From Chloroflexota bacterium (GTDB lineage Bacteria; Chloroflexota; UBA11872; VXOZ01), in NCBI GenBank assembly GCA_964291655.2, contig OZ219801.1:544001-608000 (forward strand): a stretch of 64,000 bases of DNA, written 5' to 3'. Below, piece after piece: positions 40,509 to 50,892 of the stretch. The first letter of the stretch is position 1. Each line of letters begins with the position of its first letter. A program made the position numbers and the translations under genes. The notes under the pieces were generated by a model that was not told the origin of the DNA, ran no database searches, and was given only the letters and a program-made list of their open reading frames with translations.

Positions 40509-41102
40509 TCACGTTCCCCGCAACCCAAATCGCCTGCAGACCGTGTATTCCGCTCCTTGCGGCTTCAACTCGCTTTTCATTAGCAAGACTTCTGCTACCT
40601 GAAAAGGAATTACTGGCATTTCGCGCTGCGTCGCCGCCCAATTCTCAAGCGATTCCTGCTCCCACTGAGCGACACTGTCACGCACACGCGCAAGCGTAAT
40701 GTGGGGAGAGAACGACCGTACTTCTCGTGCGAATCCTTCACATTCCAGCAGGCGCTCCGTTCTATCATGCAGCCGTTGCAACCGCCCGTCGGTATCTGCC
40801 ACCGTTGCCCAGACCATCTGCGGCCTTCTGCCTCTGCGCACGACTCTTACGCCCGTGATTGCTAGATCCAACGGCGGCATGTTCGCAACGACCCGTTCCA
40901 TTGTGGCCTCAATTGTGCTTCTTTGTGCCGCAGGTGTTTCACCAAAGAACTTGAGCGTGATGTGTATATTCTCTATCGGCACCCAGCGCACTCTTTCAGC
41001 ATGCTTGGCTACGAGTCGCGTTATTTCTGCCATGCAATTCCGGGCGCTATCAGACAGGGCAATGGCAAGGAACAGTCTCTCTGTATCCACTAGTCCACGC
41101 AA
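40509..41102 (-). CDS. thpR: RNA 2',3'-cyclic phosphodiesterase (2H family)
   Basis: RLFLAI, two HIT motifs (IHITLKFFG, FSPHITLAR), LMKSEL. Confidence 0.9.
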   Translation of the reverse strand: MRGLVDTERLFLAIALSDSARNCMAEITRLVAKHAERVRWVPIENIHITLKFFGETPAAQRSTIEATMERVVANMPPLDLAITGVRVVRRGRRPQMVWATVADTDGRLQRLHDRTERLLECEGFAREVRSFSPHITLARVRDSVAQWEQESLENWAATQREMPVIPFQVAEVLLMKSELKPQGAEYTVCRRFGLRGT

Positions 41103-41476
41103 CTCTTAATTCTGATTTCGGCAGGCTACCCACACGGCTGCCGTCATTAACTCGCGTCCTGATCGCAGTCTTCGAGGTATCTGCTTGTCCTCTGAAGAGC
41201 ACGAGAAATGAAGTTGATACCTAGCCGCACGTCCAATGCCCAAGGCATTCCCTTGTCACGTGCCGCACGACAAAAGTATAATCGCTGTGAAAAAGGGTTG
41301 CCCAATGCGGGCAAGACTTGTCCGTGGTGCTGTCTCGTTTCTTGGGCAGTCTAGTTGGTTTGCGTCCCTCATGTTAAACGATGGACGCGGATCTTACCCT
41401 ACCACTGTTGGGCAACGACCCTTTCACTGCTTCTGTGAGAACTGCATAGAGTTGCTCTGTACGCTAGGTCAACCGC

Positions 41477-42361
41477 ATGAAGGTACGTAAAGGGGTCTTT
41501 CTGGTTGCCGGACTGGGCACCCGCACACTCCCCGCGGCAAAGTCAGTCCCGAAAGTAATGCTGCCGCTTGCCGACAGACCGGCAATCCAGTACGTGGTTG
41601 AAGAGGCCGTGGCAGCAGGCATTGAGCAGGTCATCCTCGTCACGGCTACCGGCAATCAATCTGTCGAGGACTACTTCGATACCGCTTACCGCCTTGAAGA
41701 GAGTCTTGCCGCGAGAGGCAAGTGCAGGGAACTGGCGGAGCTGCAAGCGCTCAAGGAAATGGCAACGGTCATTGGCGTGCGCCAGCATGCGCCGCTCGGC
41801 ACCGGCGACGCCGTACGCACGGCCCGCAGCGTCGTCGGAGATGAGCCGTTCGCGGTTTTTCTCCCGGATGACGTCATTGACGGCACACCACCTGCCATCA
41901 AGCAGCTCATCGACGCGCATGAAATCTACGGAGGTGAGGTCGTTGCCGTTATGCCTGTGCCACATGCCCACGTCGATCGGTACGGCATCGTGGAAGGCAC
42001 ACACGTTGCGGCAGGCATTCAGCGGCTGCACCGACTCATCGAGAAACCGCCGGCAGACAAAGCGCCATCCAATCTGGCCATTGTCGGTCGCTACGTCTTT
42101 ACGCCGGCAATATTCGATTACATCGACCGAATCCCCGTTGGCTCCGGTGGGGAAGTTCAGATCACGGACGCTATAAACTCCCTTGCCCAAGCAGGTTCTG
42201 TCTACTCATGCGAGTTTACGGGCAAGCGCTACGATATGGGCGATAAAGTAGGCTACTTGAGCGCCTCTATTGACCTTGCCCTCAAGCGGCCTGACCTTAG
42301 ACCCGGGCTGCTCGCCTATCTGCGCAGTCTCGATCTCGACCATCTGGACACCGCAACGTGA
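41477..42361 (+). CDS. galU: UTP--glucose-1-phosphate uridylyltransferase
   Basis: VAGLGTRTLPA, IQYVVEEA, PLGTGDAV, EKP, SNLAIVGRY, GGEVQITDAI. Confidence 0.92.
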   Translation: MKVRKGVFLVAGLGTRTLPAAKSVPKVMLPLADRPAIQYVVEEAVAAGIEQVILVTATGNQSVEDYFDTAYRLEESLAARGKCRELAELQALKEMATVIGVRQHAPLGTGDAVRTARSVVGDEPFAVFLPDDVIDGTPPAIKQLIDAHEIYGGEVVAVMPVPHAHVDRYGIVEGTHVAAGIQRLHRLIEKPPADKAPSNLAIVGRYVFTPAIFDYIDRIPVGSGGEVQITDAINSLAQAGSVYSCEFTGKRYDMGDKVGYLSASIDLALKRPDLRPGLLAYLRSLDLDHLDTAT

Positions 42362-43455
42362 GCCCTGGGATTGCGCGCGCTCAGTTGTTTGCGGAGCTTA
42401 ACTCTCGCCGCGAACGCGTCTATGGCTACCTTCAAGCGGGAATTGATCCCAATGCTCTGCGTTCGCTCCACCTCGGTGAGGCAGTTGCCAGCTACCTGCA
42501 ACAGCCGGGCAAAGGGCTGCGGTCGAGCATCCTCCTCTTGTGCTGTGGCGCCACCGGCGGCGAAGAAGATCGCGCAGTTCCCGCCGCCGCCGCAGTGGAA
42601 CTCTTCCACATCTGGACGCTGGTACATGACGACATTATCGACCAGGACGACCTGCGCCGGGGCAGACCGACCGTTCATGCACACTTTGCGGAACGAGCCA
42701 CGCAAGAGCTGCGCTTGACCGGTGCTGACGCCGCCCACTATGGACGTACGCAAGCCTTGCTGGCCGGCGACCTGCAGCAAGGTTGGTCCGCTATGCTGCT
42801 CACGAAATCCACAACAGAGCGAGGCGTAGATGCAACTCTCGTTCTTCATCTTATCGCTGAGCTCTTTGGCTCAGTAGAGGCCCATCTCGTAGACGGTGAG
42901 GCGCTCGACGTGCAATTCAGTTTACAAGATATAACTGATATCACTGAGGACGAAGTGCTTGACATGATGCAAAAGAAGACCGGCGTTCTCTACGCATTTG
43001 CCGCCACCGCCGGGGCTTGTATCGGTCTGAACGCCTGGCGGCCGGAAGACTCTACGGTCTCAGCGCTGACAGACTTTGCCACCAACTGTGGTATCGCCTT
43101 TCAACTGCAGGACGACGTGCTTGGCGTAGTCGGGGATTCCGCTGCCACCGGCAAGCCGGTCGGCGCGGACATCAGAGAAGGTAAACGGACACTCATCGTG
43201 AAAGAGGCACTGCGCAATGCTTCTGCCGCACAGCATGAGCAAATACTCGACACCCTCGGCAACCGCACGGCCGGCGACGAGCAGGTCCAAGTCGTGACGC
43301 GATTGCTGCAGGATTTGGGTGGCGTTGCCCACGCGCATGCGCTCGCCCAAGCCTACATTGACCGGGCACACAGCAACCTCGCACAGGTACCGCAGCAGCC
43401 CCATCGTCAACTCCTGCACGCGATTGCCGACTTCGTCCTGGAGCGCGATTCCTAG
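42358..43455 (+). CDS. Polyprenyl (likely geranylgeranyl) diphosphate synthase
   Basis: GKGLR, WTLVHDDIIDQDDLRRG, KT, FQLQDD, GKPVGADIREGK. Confidence 0.92.
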   Translation: MSPGIARAQLFAELNSRRERVYGYLQAGIDPNALRSLHLGEAVASYLQQPGKGLRSSILLLCCGATGGEEDRAVPAAAAVELFHIWTLVHDDIIDQDDLRRGRPTVHAHFAERATQELRLTGADAAHYGRTQALLAGDLQQGWSAMLLTKSTTERGVDATLVLHLIAELFGSVEAHLVDGEALDVQFSLQDITDITEDEVLDMMQKKTGVLYAFAATAGACIGLNAWRPEDSTVSALTDFATNCGIAFQLQDDVLGVVGDSAATGKPVGADIREGKRTLIVKEALRNASAAQHEQILDTLGNRTAGDEQVQVVTRLLQDLGGVAHAHALAQAYIDRAHSNLAQVPQQPHRQLLHAIADFVLERDS

Positions 43456-43702
43456 CTCGTTTCTCGTTTGCATTCACTAGTGTAGTAGCGTACTCTAGCG
43501 CCAAGTAGACCACAGGGACTTAGCCCCCAGAGTGTGACAGTTTACACTACCGGTACGTCTCAAGAGAGCGGGCCTTCATCGCTCCAAGGGAGCCGAAAAC
43601 AGGCCCATTCTCACTCAACAGTGGCAAGGCCACCACCGCACGGTATTGCTTAGCAGACGATGCGCCGGGCTGGGCACACAATTTACCAAAGGAGAAGGCA
43701 AC

Positions 43703-44731
43703 ATGGCAGACGTTATGGGAGTTGGCTTGATTGGCCCCGGGTGGGTAGCCAGCGAGCACATTCGCGCTTTCAATAAGAATCCGCATACGCGTATGGTGGC
43801 AGTTTGCAGCCGGGACATGGCCCGCGCGCAGGCGGCGATTGACGAGTTTGGGCTTGACGCCAAGCCTTATACCGATTACGAACAAATGCTCGCTGATCCC
43901 AACGTTGACATAGTCTCCATCTGCACGCCCAACTTCGCCCACGCTGAGCAAGGCGCCCTGGCAGCGGAAGCGAACAAGCATCTCGTAATCGAGAAACCCA
44001 TCGCAATCTCAGCGGAGCAACTAGAGCGTTTGGTAACGGCGGTAAGTAAAGCCGGCGTCAAGAGTGTCGTGAGCTTTGTGTTGCGCTGGAACCCGTTAGT
44101 CCAAACGCTGCACCACCGGCGGGAAGCAGGCGACTTTGGGCGCCTCATCTATGCTGAAGCAGACTATATGCACGAAGTGGGCTACTTGCGTCCACCCGGT
44201 CACTGGGGCCGCTATCAGAAGAACGTGGGCAGCGCAATGCTCTCCGGCGGCAGCCACGCGATGGACTGCATCCGCTGGTTGACCGGCAAGAACGTGGAGT
44301 CGGTGTCTGCGTATGCCACTCCGGTGCGCTTGGAGGAAAAGGGCTTCGACTTTCCGCTCACCACAGCGGCAGTGCTGCAGATGGAGGATGGCGTCGTCGG
44401 CCGTGTAACCGCCACCATGGAAGCCCACATGCCCTACGTCTTCCACATGTCTTTGCAAGGCGATCAGGGCACGGCACGGAACAATCTCTTTTATTCCACT
44501 GCCTTTCCCGGCACCACCGGTTTTATGGAGATTCCAACTGTACCGCCGGATTCAGGCGACGTGGCCCATCATCCGTTCCAGGGGGAAATCGATCACATAG
44601 TTGATTGCATTCTGAATGATGAGGACTCTTTCGCCGACATCTTCGACTCGATAAATACCCATGAAGCGTGTTTTGCCGCCGATATTTCGGCCGCGGAAGG
44701 ACGCCCCGTCGCGTTGCCCCTCGTCGGTTGA
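43703..44731 (+). CDS. Gfo/Idh/MocA oxidoreductase
   Basis: VGLIGPG, DIVSICTPNFAH, KHLVIEKP, GGSHAMD. Confidence 0.92.
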   Translation: MADVMGVGLIGPGWVASEHIRAFNKNPHTRMVAVCSRDMARAQAAIDEFGLDAKPYTDYEQMLADPNVDIVSICTPNFAHAEQGALAAEANKHLVIEKPIAISAEQLERLVTAVSKAGVKSVVSFVLRWNPLVQTLHHRREAGDFGRLIYAEADYMHEVGYLRPPGHWGRYQKNVGSAMLSGGSHAMDCIRWLTGKNVESVSAYATPVRLEEKGFDFPLTTAAVLQMEDGVVGRVTATMEAHMPYVFHMSLQGDQGTARNNLFYSTAFPGTTGFMEIPTVPPDSGDVAHHPFQGEIDHIVDCILNDEDSFADIFDSINTHEACFAADISAAEGRPVALPLVG

Positions 44732-45005
44732 GTCGAAGAGCGTGTTTGCAGTGCCTCAGGACTTTGCAGGCTGAAGTTTCCAAACTTGCAAAAGCCGTTC
44801 GTGCTGATGGCTTCGTGCCGCCGGCTCCGCGCAACCGGCTTCGCGCAGCCGGCTGCGCGGAGCGCCGGTTGAACCATGAACGGCCCTTCCACAAGCTCAG
44901 AGCTTGCCCCGTACGTGATACAGCGTATCGTACGATACGGGGGCGAACGGAAAACGTAGCCCTACACCCCTTTGCAACACCCACCAAACGAGGTGAAGCG
45001 CAATC

Positions 45006-45842
45006 ATGCCAATCGTCGAATCTCACGTTCACATCTGGACCCAGGACAAGAAGTATCCCTTCTCGCCCACGCTGCCCGACGTGCCGGTGCCAACCACCGC
45101 TGCAACGGCTGAAATGCTGCTGGAAGAAACGGGCCGAGCAGGTGTCGATCACGTTGTTCTCGTCCAGCCTAGCACGTACGGCTGGGATAACCGGTACCTT
45201 GCTGACAGCATTGCCCTCTATCCTCAGCAGCTTGCCGGGGTCTGCCTAGTAGACCCCTTGGACGACACAGCGCCGGAGCAGCTTGAGTACTGGGTCACCG
45301 AACGCAACTTTCACGGCGTGCGGCTCCACGCGGTTCGACCCGACAGCGCCAGTTGGTTCACGACCGCACAAACCGACCGCATCTGGCGGAGGGCCGCAGA
45401 CCTTGGCATCCCAATCTGCTTACTCTTGGACTTAAAGCATGCCCCAATGGTTGAAGAGATGCTGCAGCGCTTTCCTCAGGTAGATGTTGTTCTCGACCAC
45501 ATGGGTCGCATTGATGTTTCGGAACAACCACCCTATCCCGTTTTCACCCGCTTTCTTGCGCTCGCGGACTTCCCCCGCACGTACGCCAAAGTCTCCGGCA
45601 TGCTGCACTATAGCGCCGAGGCGTATCCTTTCGCGGATACCCATCCCTTTTTCCGCAAGGCAAGAGACGCGTGGGGGCCGCAACGCCTCATGTGGGGAAC
45701 TGACTGGCCGATGTTGCTCGACAAAGCCGGATACCTACCCCGCTTGACCGCAGTCCGCGATGAGATGCCGTTCTTTAGCGAAGCCGATCTCGAGTGGATT
45801 CTCGGTGGGACTGCTCTGAGACTCTGGGACTTCGCCACGTAA
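45006..45842 (+). CDS. Amidohydrolase_2 family (lactonase-like)
   Basis: ESHVHIW, LVQPS.YG.DN, GVRL, LDHMG, KVSG, MWGTDWP. Confidence 0.9.
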   Translation: MPIVESHVHIWTQDKKYPFSPTLPDVPVPTTAATAEMLLEETGRAGVDHVVLVQPSTYGWDNRYLADSIALYPQQLAGVCLVDPLDDTAPEQLEYWVTERNFHGVRLHAVRPDSASWFTTAQTDRIWRRAADLGIPICLLLDLKHAPMVEEMLQRFPQVDVVLDHMGRIDVSEQPPYPVFTRFLALADFPRTYAKVSGMLHYSAEAYPFADTHPFFRKARDAWGPQRLMWGTDWPMLLDKAGYLPRLTAVRDEMPFFSEADLEWILGGTALRLWDFAT

Positions 45843-46224
45843 GGGTTCGGAGAAGCCGAACAACGCCTGTTGCAGGCTCAAACGTGAGTCATTGGGGCTG
45901 CAAGGCGTATGTCAAATAGATCTCACATGTGTTCGGTCGTTCGACCGTTTCGGCACTTCTTACTCACAGGGGTCCGCTATTTCCCAGCGCTTTCAATGGT
46001 TGAAGCTTAGATTGCTAGGGCTTTCAGTTTGTCTCCCCCACAACGACAAGCTTCTCAGTTTCTCCTGCAATGCCGTTCTCGTGAGCGTAGACCCACCAAG
46101 GCTTCCAACCCCTTCTCCAGCGCAGATCTCTCAGTCTTAGACTGTCGTTTTGCAGTGATCGACGGGGTAGTGTATTATTGACACAGACAGTTTGCTCAAT
46201 CCAGCCGAGCGGGATCAACGACGA

Positions 46225-47736
46225 ATGCCCGTGCATCTTAAACTCGGCAGACTGGCTACCTCTCTTGTTTTAGGTATCACCCTCAGTCTGCTTTCCTCTA
46301 CTCTGCCTCTCTACGCTGCTGATTCTATGGATCATGCGATCAGCGGCGGTCACTTCTATCGGCAAGCCAACGGATTCGGTGGCCAAGGCGACCGGGGATT
46401 CCTGATCTGGGATGAGCCTGGTGGCCCTGCATTCTACAGTGTGTTCCGCCAGCTTGGCGGCGTGAGAACGCTTGGCTATCCGGCCTCGCGGCAGTTTGAA
46501 GAAGACGGCTTCATCTATCTCGTTACCCAGGGCGCGCTGCTTCAGTACGACCCTAAGCTGGGTCAGGTGCTCCTTGCCAACACCTTCGAAATCCTCGAGA
46601 GAGCCGGCTTGAATGACCTACTCTATGCGCGCGGTATCCCCATGTCTATTGTCGATGATGGCTCAAACGGGGACTATGCAAAAGCGAAGCAGACGCGTCT
46701 CAGTTGGCTGACAAACGACGCCATCAAACGACATTATTTGAGCGTGGGCGGCGAGGAAAGGGCAATCAATCTCTTCGGTCTTCCCATGTCAAAGCCACAA
46801 GCGTTTGGTCCGTTCGTTACTCAGCGCTTCCAACGCATCACGCTCCAGTACTGGATAGAGGACATTCCCGGTATTGCGACAAGAGGTGACGTAAAGACAA
46901 TTCTCGGTGGAGACCTCTTGAAGGAGTTCGACCTGCTGCCGCTTGAAGCAAAGCTGCCGCACATGAGCTACGAACGTCCCTCTCCAATCAATGTCAGCAC
47001 ATTGCAGGAAGAGCAGCGTTTCGCAAACATCATTGCCGAAGGCAACTCAGAATTCACTGGTTCCTCCCGATCGCGCGTACACAACATTGTTTTGGCTGCG
47101 TCGAGGATTCATGGCAACGTCATCCAGCCCGGTGAGACCTTTTCCTTCCTGAAGGCACTTGGTCCTATTACCCTTAACGCCGGGTATCACACCGGTCTTT
47201 TGATCTGGGGAGACCAAACCATTTGGGGTGTTGGTGGCGGCGTCTGTCAGGTGTCAACTACGGTGTTCCGCGCTGCCTTCTGGGCCGGCTTGCCAATTAC
47301 GGAACGTAACCAGCACTCGTATCGAGTGAGCTATTACGAGCAAGACGGCAGTCCTCCCGGCTTCGATGCCTCAGTCTACAATCCGGGCCTGGACCTCAAA
47401 TTCGTCAACGACTCTGAACATCCCATTCTGATCCAAGCGCACGTTGACCCACACAGCATGGAACTTACAATCACGTTGCGCGGTAGGGAGCTCGACCGCA
47501 CCGTAGAGATGCTGCCGGCCATCGAGACGAACGTCGAGGCTCCGGGGCCGCCGCTGCCGGACACGCCGGATCCCAGTCTGCCATGGGGCGTACGCCTGCA
47601 AGTCGAGTGGGCCGTAGAGGGCGTAGAAACTGTGATTCAAAGGCAGGTGGTGCAAGGAGAGGATTCTCGTATCGATGAGTTCCGCAGCGAGTTCACTCCC
47701 TGGCGGGAACGCTGGGTAGTGGGTAGGGCGAGATAA
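46225..47736 (+). CDS. Secreted VanW-domain protein with N-terminal GYP-repeat surface domain
   Basis: Signal peptide; GG..LGYP and FGLPMS...QRFQR repeats; RVHNI, PGETFSF, GGGVCQVSTT, GFDASV, DLKFVN. Confidence 0.85.
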   Translation: MPVHLKLGRLATSLVLGITLSLLSSTLPLYAADSMDHAISGGHFYRQANGFGGQGDRGFLIWDEPGGPAFYSVFRQLGGVRTLGYPASRQFEEDGFIYLVTQGALLQYDPKLGQVLLANTFEILERAGLNDLLYARGIPMSIVDDGSNGDYAKAKQTRLSWLTNDAIKRHYLSVGGEERAINLFGLPMSKPQAFGPFVTQRFQRITLQYWIEDIPGIATRGDVKTILGGDLLKEFDLLPLEAKLPHMSYERPSPINVSTLQEEQRFANIIAEGNSEFTGSSRSRVHNIVLAASRIHGNVIQPGETFSFLKALGPITLNAGYHTGLLIWGDQTIWGVGGGVCQVSTTVFRAAFWAGLPITERNQHSYRVSYYEQDGSPPGFDASVYNPGLDLKFVNDSEHPILIQAHVDPHSMELTITLRGRELDRTVEMLPAIETNVEAPGPPLPDTPDPSLPWGVRLQVEWAVEGVETVIQRQVVQGEDSRIDEFRSEFTPWRERWVVGRAR

Positions 47737-47858
47737 CGAGATTGGAATGAACAGCGACATTCGGCGGCGTAATCCCTATCGAAACAGCTTGAGCCCCATC
47801 CTCCAGCCAGCCTAGACGCGGGACAGGCGATCCGCTCACTGGCGACCGTGAAATCAAG

Positions 47859-47897
47859 AGACCTGCCTTAGAGCGCTAAACAATCTGAGGCAGGTCT
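47859..47897. terminator. Hairpin between convergent genes (probable terminator)
   Basis: AGACCTGCCTTAGA...TCTGAGGCAGGTCT. Confidence 0.6.
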
Positions 47898-47954
47898 GTT
47901 TCATTCAAGACAGAGGATGATGTAACGCAGAATCGAGAGCGTCCGCCGCCGCCA

Positions 47955-48728
47955 CTAGCTATTCATTACACGCTGCTCAAACTCGGAGACGACTGCCAGC
48001 AAGTGGCCATCAAGCCGTTGCAAGACTTCCTCGCGTATGTCCGGGGGCACGCCGCCAAAATAGGGTTCCGCAATCGACCCGGTAATGCAGGCCAGAGTGT
48101 CGGCGTCGCCGCCAAGTGAAATGGCGTTGCGGATAGCATCTTCGAAGTCCTTTGCTTCCAAGAAAGCCGTTATTGCCTGCGGCACCGTTCCCTGGCACGA
48201 TTCGTCAAAGCTGTACGTGGGTCGAATGTCATCCAGGGTTCGCCGCAAGTCGTAACCGCACGAGGATTCCACAAATTCTTTGATCTCGGTCTTGTCGTGG
48301 CCGGTCTTTGCAAGGAAAACTGCGGCGGCAGTGGCCTGCGCGCCTCGAATGCCCTCCGGATGGTTATGGGTAACTGCGGCACTGCGCTCCGCTAACTCCA
48401 TCGCCTCGTTGAGGCTGTTCGCAAAGTAGGCTACCGGGCTGACCCGCATTGCCGAGCCGTTGCCCCAACTATTGTACGGCGCGAACGAGTCTGACGTTGC
48501 CCAGACGTGAAAGCTCGTACCATATCCGGCACCGGGATAGCGCCCATAGTACTCCTTGAGCGTGACGGCATAGTCGAGATCGTGCAGCAACGCGTCGGCC
48601 AACGCGATAGTCAACACTGAGTCATCGGTAAAGAAGCACTTGGGGTCAATTAACGGAAAGTCCTTCGTCTTGGTAGCAATATACTCGTGTACCGAGCCGA
48701 TCACGTCACCAGCTATTGCGCCAAGCAC
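47955..48728 (-). CDS. ADP-ribosylglycohydrolase (DraG/ARH family)
   Basis: GAIAGDVIGS, FTDD, SWGNGSAMRVSP, THNHPEG, GGDADT. Confidence 0.93.
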   Translation of the reverse strand: MLGAIAGDVIGSVHEYIATKTKDFPLIDPKCFFTDDSVLTIALADALLHDLDYAVTLKEYYGRYPGAGYGTSFHVWATSDSFAPYNSWGNGSAMRVSPVAYFANSLNEAMELAERSAAVTHNHPEGIRGAQATAAAVFLAKTGHDKTEIKEFVESSCGYDLRRTLDDIRPTYSFDESCQGTVPQAITAFLEAKDFEDAIRNAISLGGDADTLACITGSIAEPYFGGVPPDIREEVLQRLDGHLLAVVSEFEQRVMNS

Positions 48729-48746
48729 TGCGCTGACTCCTTCTGG

Positions 48747-49622
48747 CTATCGCGCGTTAATGAAAACAATGGCAAACATGCCGAGAACGATGCCGGTGGC
48801 CGTGAGTCGTCCAAACCGCTCGCCAAAGAGCACCATGCCACCAATTAAAGTCGTTGCCAAGCCCACGGTTGCCGCCAGCGGAAACACGATCGTGCCGGGG
48901 AGGACCTCCAGCGCGCGGAGCAGCATGGCAATCTGAAAGAGGTTGGCTGCACCCATCAATACACCTAAGCCGATGTTGTGCCGCAGCGAAGCGGTCCTCC
49001 ATTCCGGCAAGCGGAAACGCTTGCGCAAGGGCCACACAAACGCGGCGCCCAAGGTTGCGGTCACGAACACGGAAGCGGTGTAGAGCGGTTGATACTCCGG
49101 TGTGCTCCACACGGCAAATGCTTTTGCCGCGGTAAATCCCACCCCGGAAAGAACTAGCACCACCAGCAACACACTCCACGTCCGCAGCGAGTGCCCGCGT
49201 CCGTTGCGCGCCGCCTGGTGCGCATCCGCACCCAACAGCGGCAAAGCTACGAACGCGAGCGCGAGACCGACCACTTGGAGCGCGGCCGGCTGCTCCCCCC
49301 ACAAAAAGACCGACGCCAGCGTTGGCAACGCGATTGAAAGACGAATGATGCCAAACGTAACACCAATACCGACGAGCTCTACTACCGTAAACAGCACCGC
49401 CAGGCTGATCTGGTATTGGAGTCCGTTGATAGCTCCCAAGACAATTACGCGCACGTCCAGGTCGGGAATACCGTTCAGCACCGCCCAGGTGACAGCCAAC
49501 AGGGCCGCTACCGCATAGTTGATAGTTCCTACGGTCAAATAGTGGTACTGCTTGCCCCGCGCCAGGCGCAGTGACATGGCAAACACAAAGTTGCCGAAGA
49601 CTTGACCGGCAATGAATATCAT
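48747..49622 (-). CDS. DMT/EamA family transporter
   Basis: About 10 TM helices with two LWGE/LFGE repeats; ATGA overlap with the upstream oxidoreductase. Confidence 0.8.
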   Translation of the reverse strand: MIFIAGQVFGNFVFAMSLRLARGKQYHYLTVGTINYAVAALLAVTWAVLNGIPDLDVRVIVLGAINGLQYQISLAVLFTVVELVGIGVTFGIIRLSIALPTLASVFLWGEQPAALQVVGLALAFVALPLLGADAHQAARNGRGHSLRTWSVLLVVLVLSGVGFTAAKAFAVWSTPEYQPLYTASVFVTATLGAAFVWPLRKRFRLPEWRTASLRHNIGLGVLMGAANLFQIAMLLRALEVLPGTIVFPLAATVGLATTLIGGMVLFGERFGRLTATGIVLGMFAIVFINAR

Positions 49623-50662
49623 GCCGGCCTGAAGTGCGCAGGTTGAACCGGCATACCGGTCTGCCAAGATTCAATCGCGGCAAGCGCCACCGCGACCGTG
49701 TTGGCTCCCTCCCACACGTTGGTGAGGGGAGTTTCGTTCTTGACCACACACTGGTACACGTGATCGACCACGGCGGCAATGGGTTTTCCGCCTGGGGGTT
49801 GAAACGGCACAACCCATGCTTCTTCATCAAACGCGTGATTTGCTGATGAGACAAACTGTTTGTCGCGGTCCTGCTGCCCTCGCGCGCGCTCGATCGTGCC
49901 GTCGGTACCGAAGAGCACCAGGTTGTGCATTGTCTCCCGCACCAGGCCGTATGAGGTAGTGCACTTCCCTACGGCGCCGTTTACAAAGTGCAGATTGGCA
50001 ATCATACAGTCCGGGAAGGGAAAGTCCGGCAGAGCACGTCCCGCTGCCTCGCAATGGACTCGGTCTACGTCACCGACGAGCCAGCGCAGCATATCGAGAG
50101 AATGCGAGCCACCGCCAAGTATGGGGTAGTGCGAGTGTTCGGCGGAACCGCGCCAAACTGTCCGCTCGCGAATGAGCCGGGCAGTGTTGTGAAGGTAATC
50201 GGCCTCGGCATAGTAGATGTCCCCCAACCCCCCACCGACAAGGTGTTCCTTGATTGACTGGTAGTAGGGATAGAACCGCAAGACCTGATCAACTGCCAGC
50301 AGCTTCCCAGATTCCTCCACCGCCCGAATCATTGCCTCGCACTCCTGGAGCGAAATGCACATCGGCTTCTCCACAATGACGTGCTTGCCGGCGTGCAGAG
50401 CCTGCACCGCCATGGAGGCATGAAGCGCGTGGGGTGTCGCAATTACCAAGAGCTCAATGTCCGGGTCGGCCACAATCTCGGCGAAGTCCGTGTAGCAGCG
50501 CACATTTGCATGCTCTTGACTGACCGCCGCAAGCACGTCTCGCTCCTTACCGCAAATGGCGGTGACCGTCGCGTGGGGATGCGCGGCGAACGCTTCAACG
50601 AATCTCCGGCCTACTCCGAGTCCAACAACACCCACGCGCAAGCTGGGGAAATGCGATTTCAT
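49619..50662 (-). CDS. Gfo/Idh/MocA oxidoreductase
   Basis: RVGVVGLG, IATPHALH, GKHVIVEKP, GGSHSLD. Confidence 0.92.
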   Translation of the reverse strand: MKSHFPSLRVGVVGLGVGRRFVEAFAAHPHATVTAICGKERDVLAAVSQEHANVRCYTDFAEIVADPDIELLVIATPHALHASMAVQALHAGKHVIVEKPMCISLQECEAMIRAVEESGKLLAVDQVLRFYPYYQSIKEHLVGGGLGDIYYAEADYLHNTARLIRERTVWRGSAEHSHYPILGGGSHSLDMLRWLVGDVDRVHCEAAGRALPDFPFPDCMIANLHFVNGAVGKCTTSYGLVRETMHNLVLFGTDGTIERARGQQDRDKQFVSSANHAFDEEAWVVPFQPPGGKPIAAVVDHVYQCVVKNETPLTNVWEGANTVAVALAAIESWQTGMPVQPAHFRPA

Positions 50663-50892
50663 ACCGGCTACCTCTCTCACACTGGACTGTTGCACTTGCG
50701 CCCAGGCAACCGAGCGCAGCGTTCTCCATTCTAGCGTATTCCAGACTAAGTCACGCATGCTTTCCGTGAGAAAGAGCGTGGGTGGGAGACCTGACTTTGC
50801 ATCCAGCACTTCATTTGATAGTATGCTAGTCAAGATTTCGCATTATTGCATAGTTAGAGTTAGACCGAGTACCAACTAAAGGAAGTCTTATT

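Noticed and set aside
46225-47736. Vancomycin resistance locus
   Set aside because: VanW domains are widespread and no vanHAX/vanRS genes are present.
48757-49854. 365-aa alternative-frame ORF
   Set aside because: Overlaps the EamA and oxidoreductase genes out of frame, with Arg/Gly/Cys-rich GC-artefact composition.
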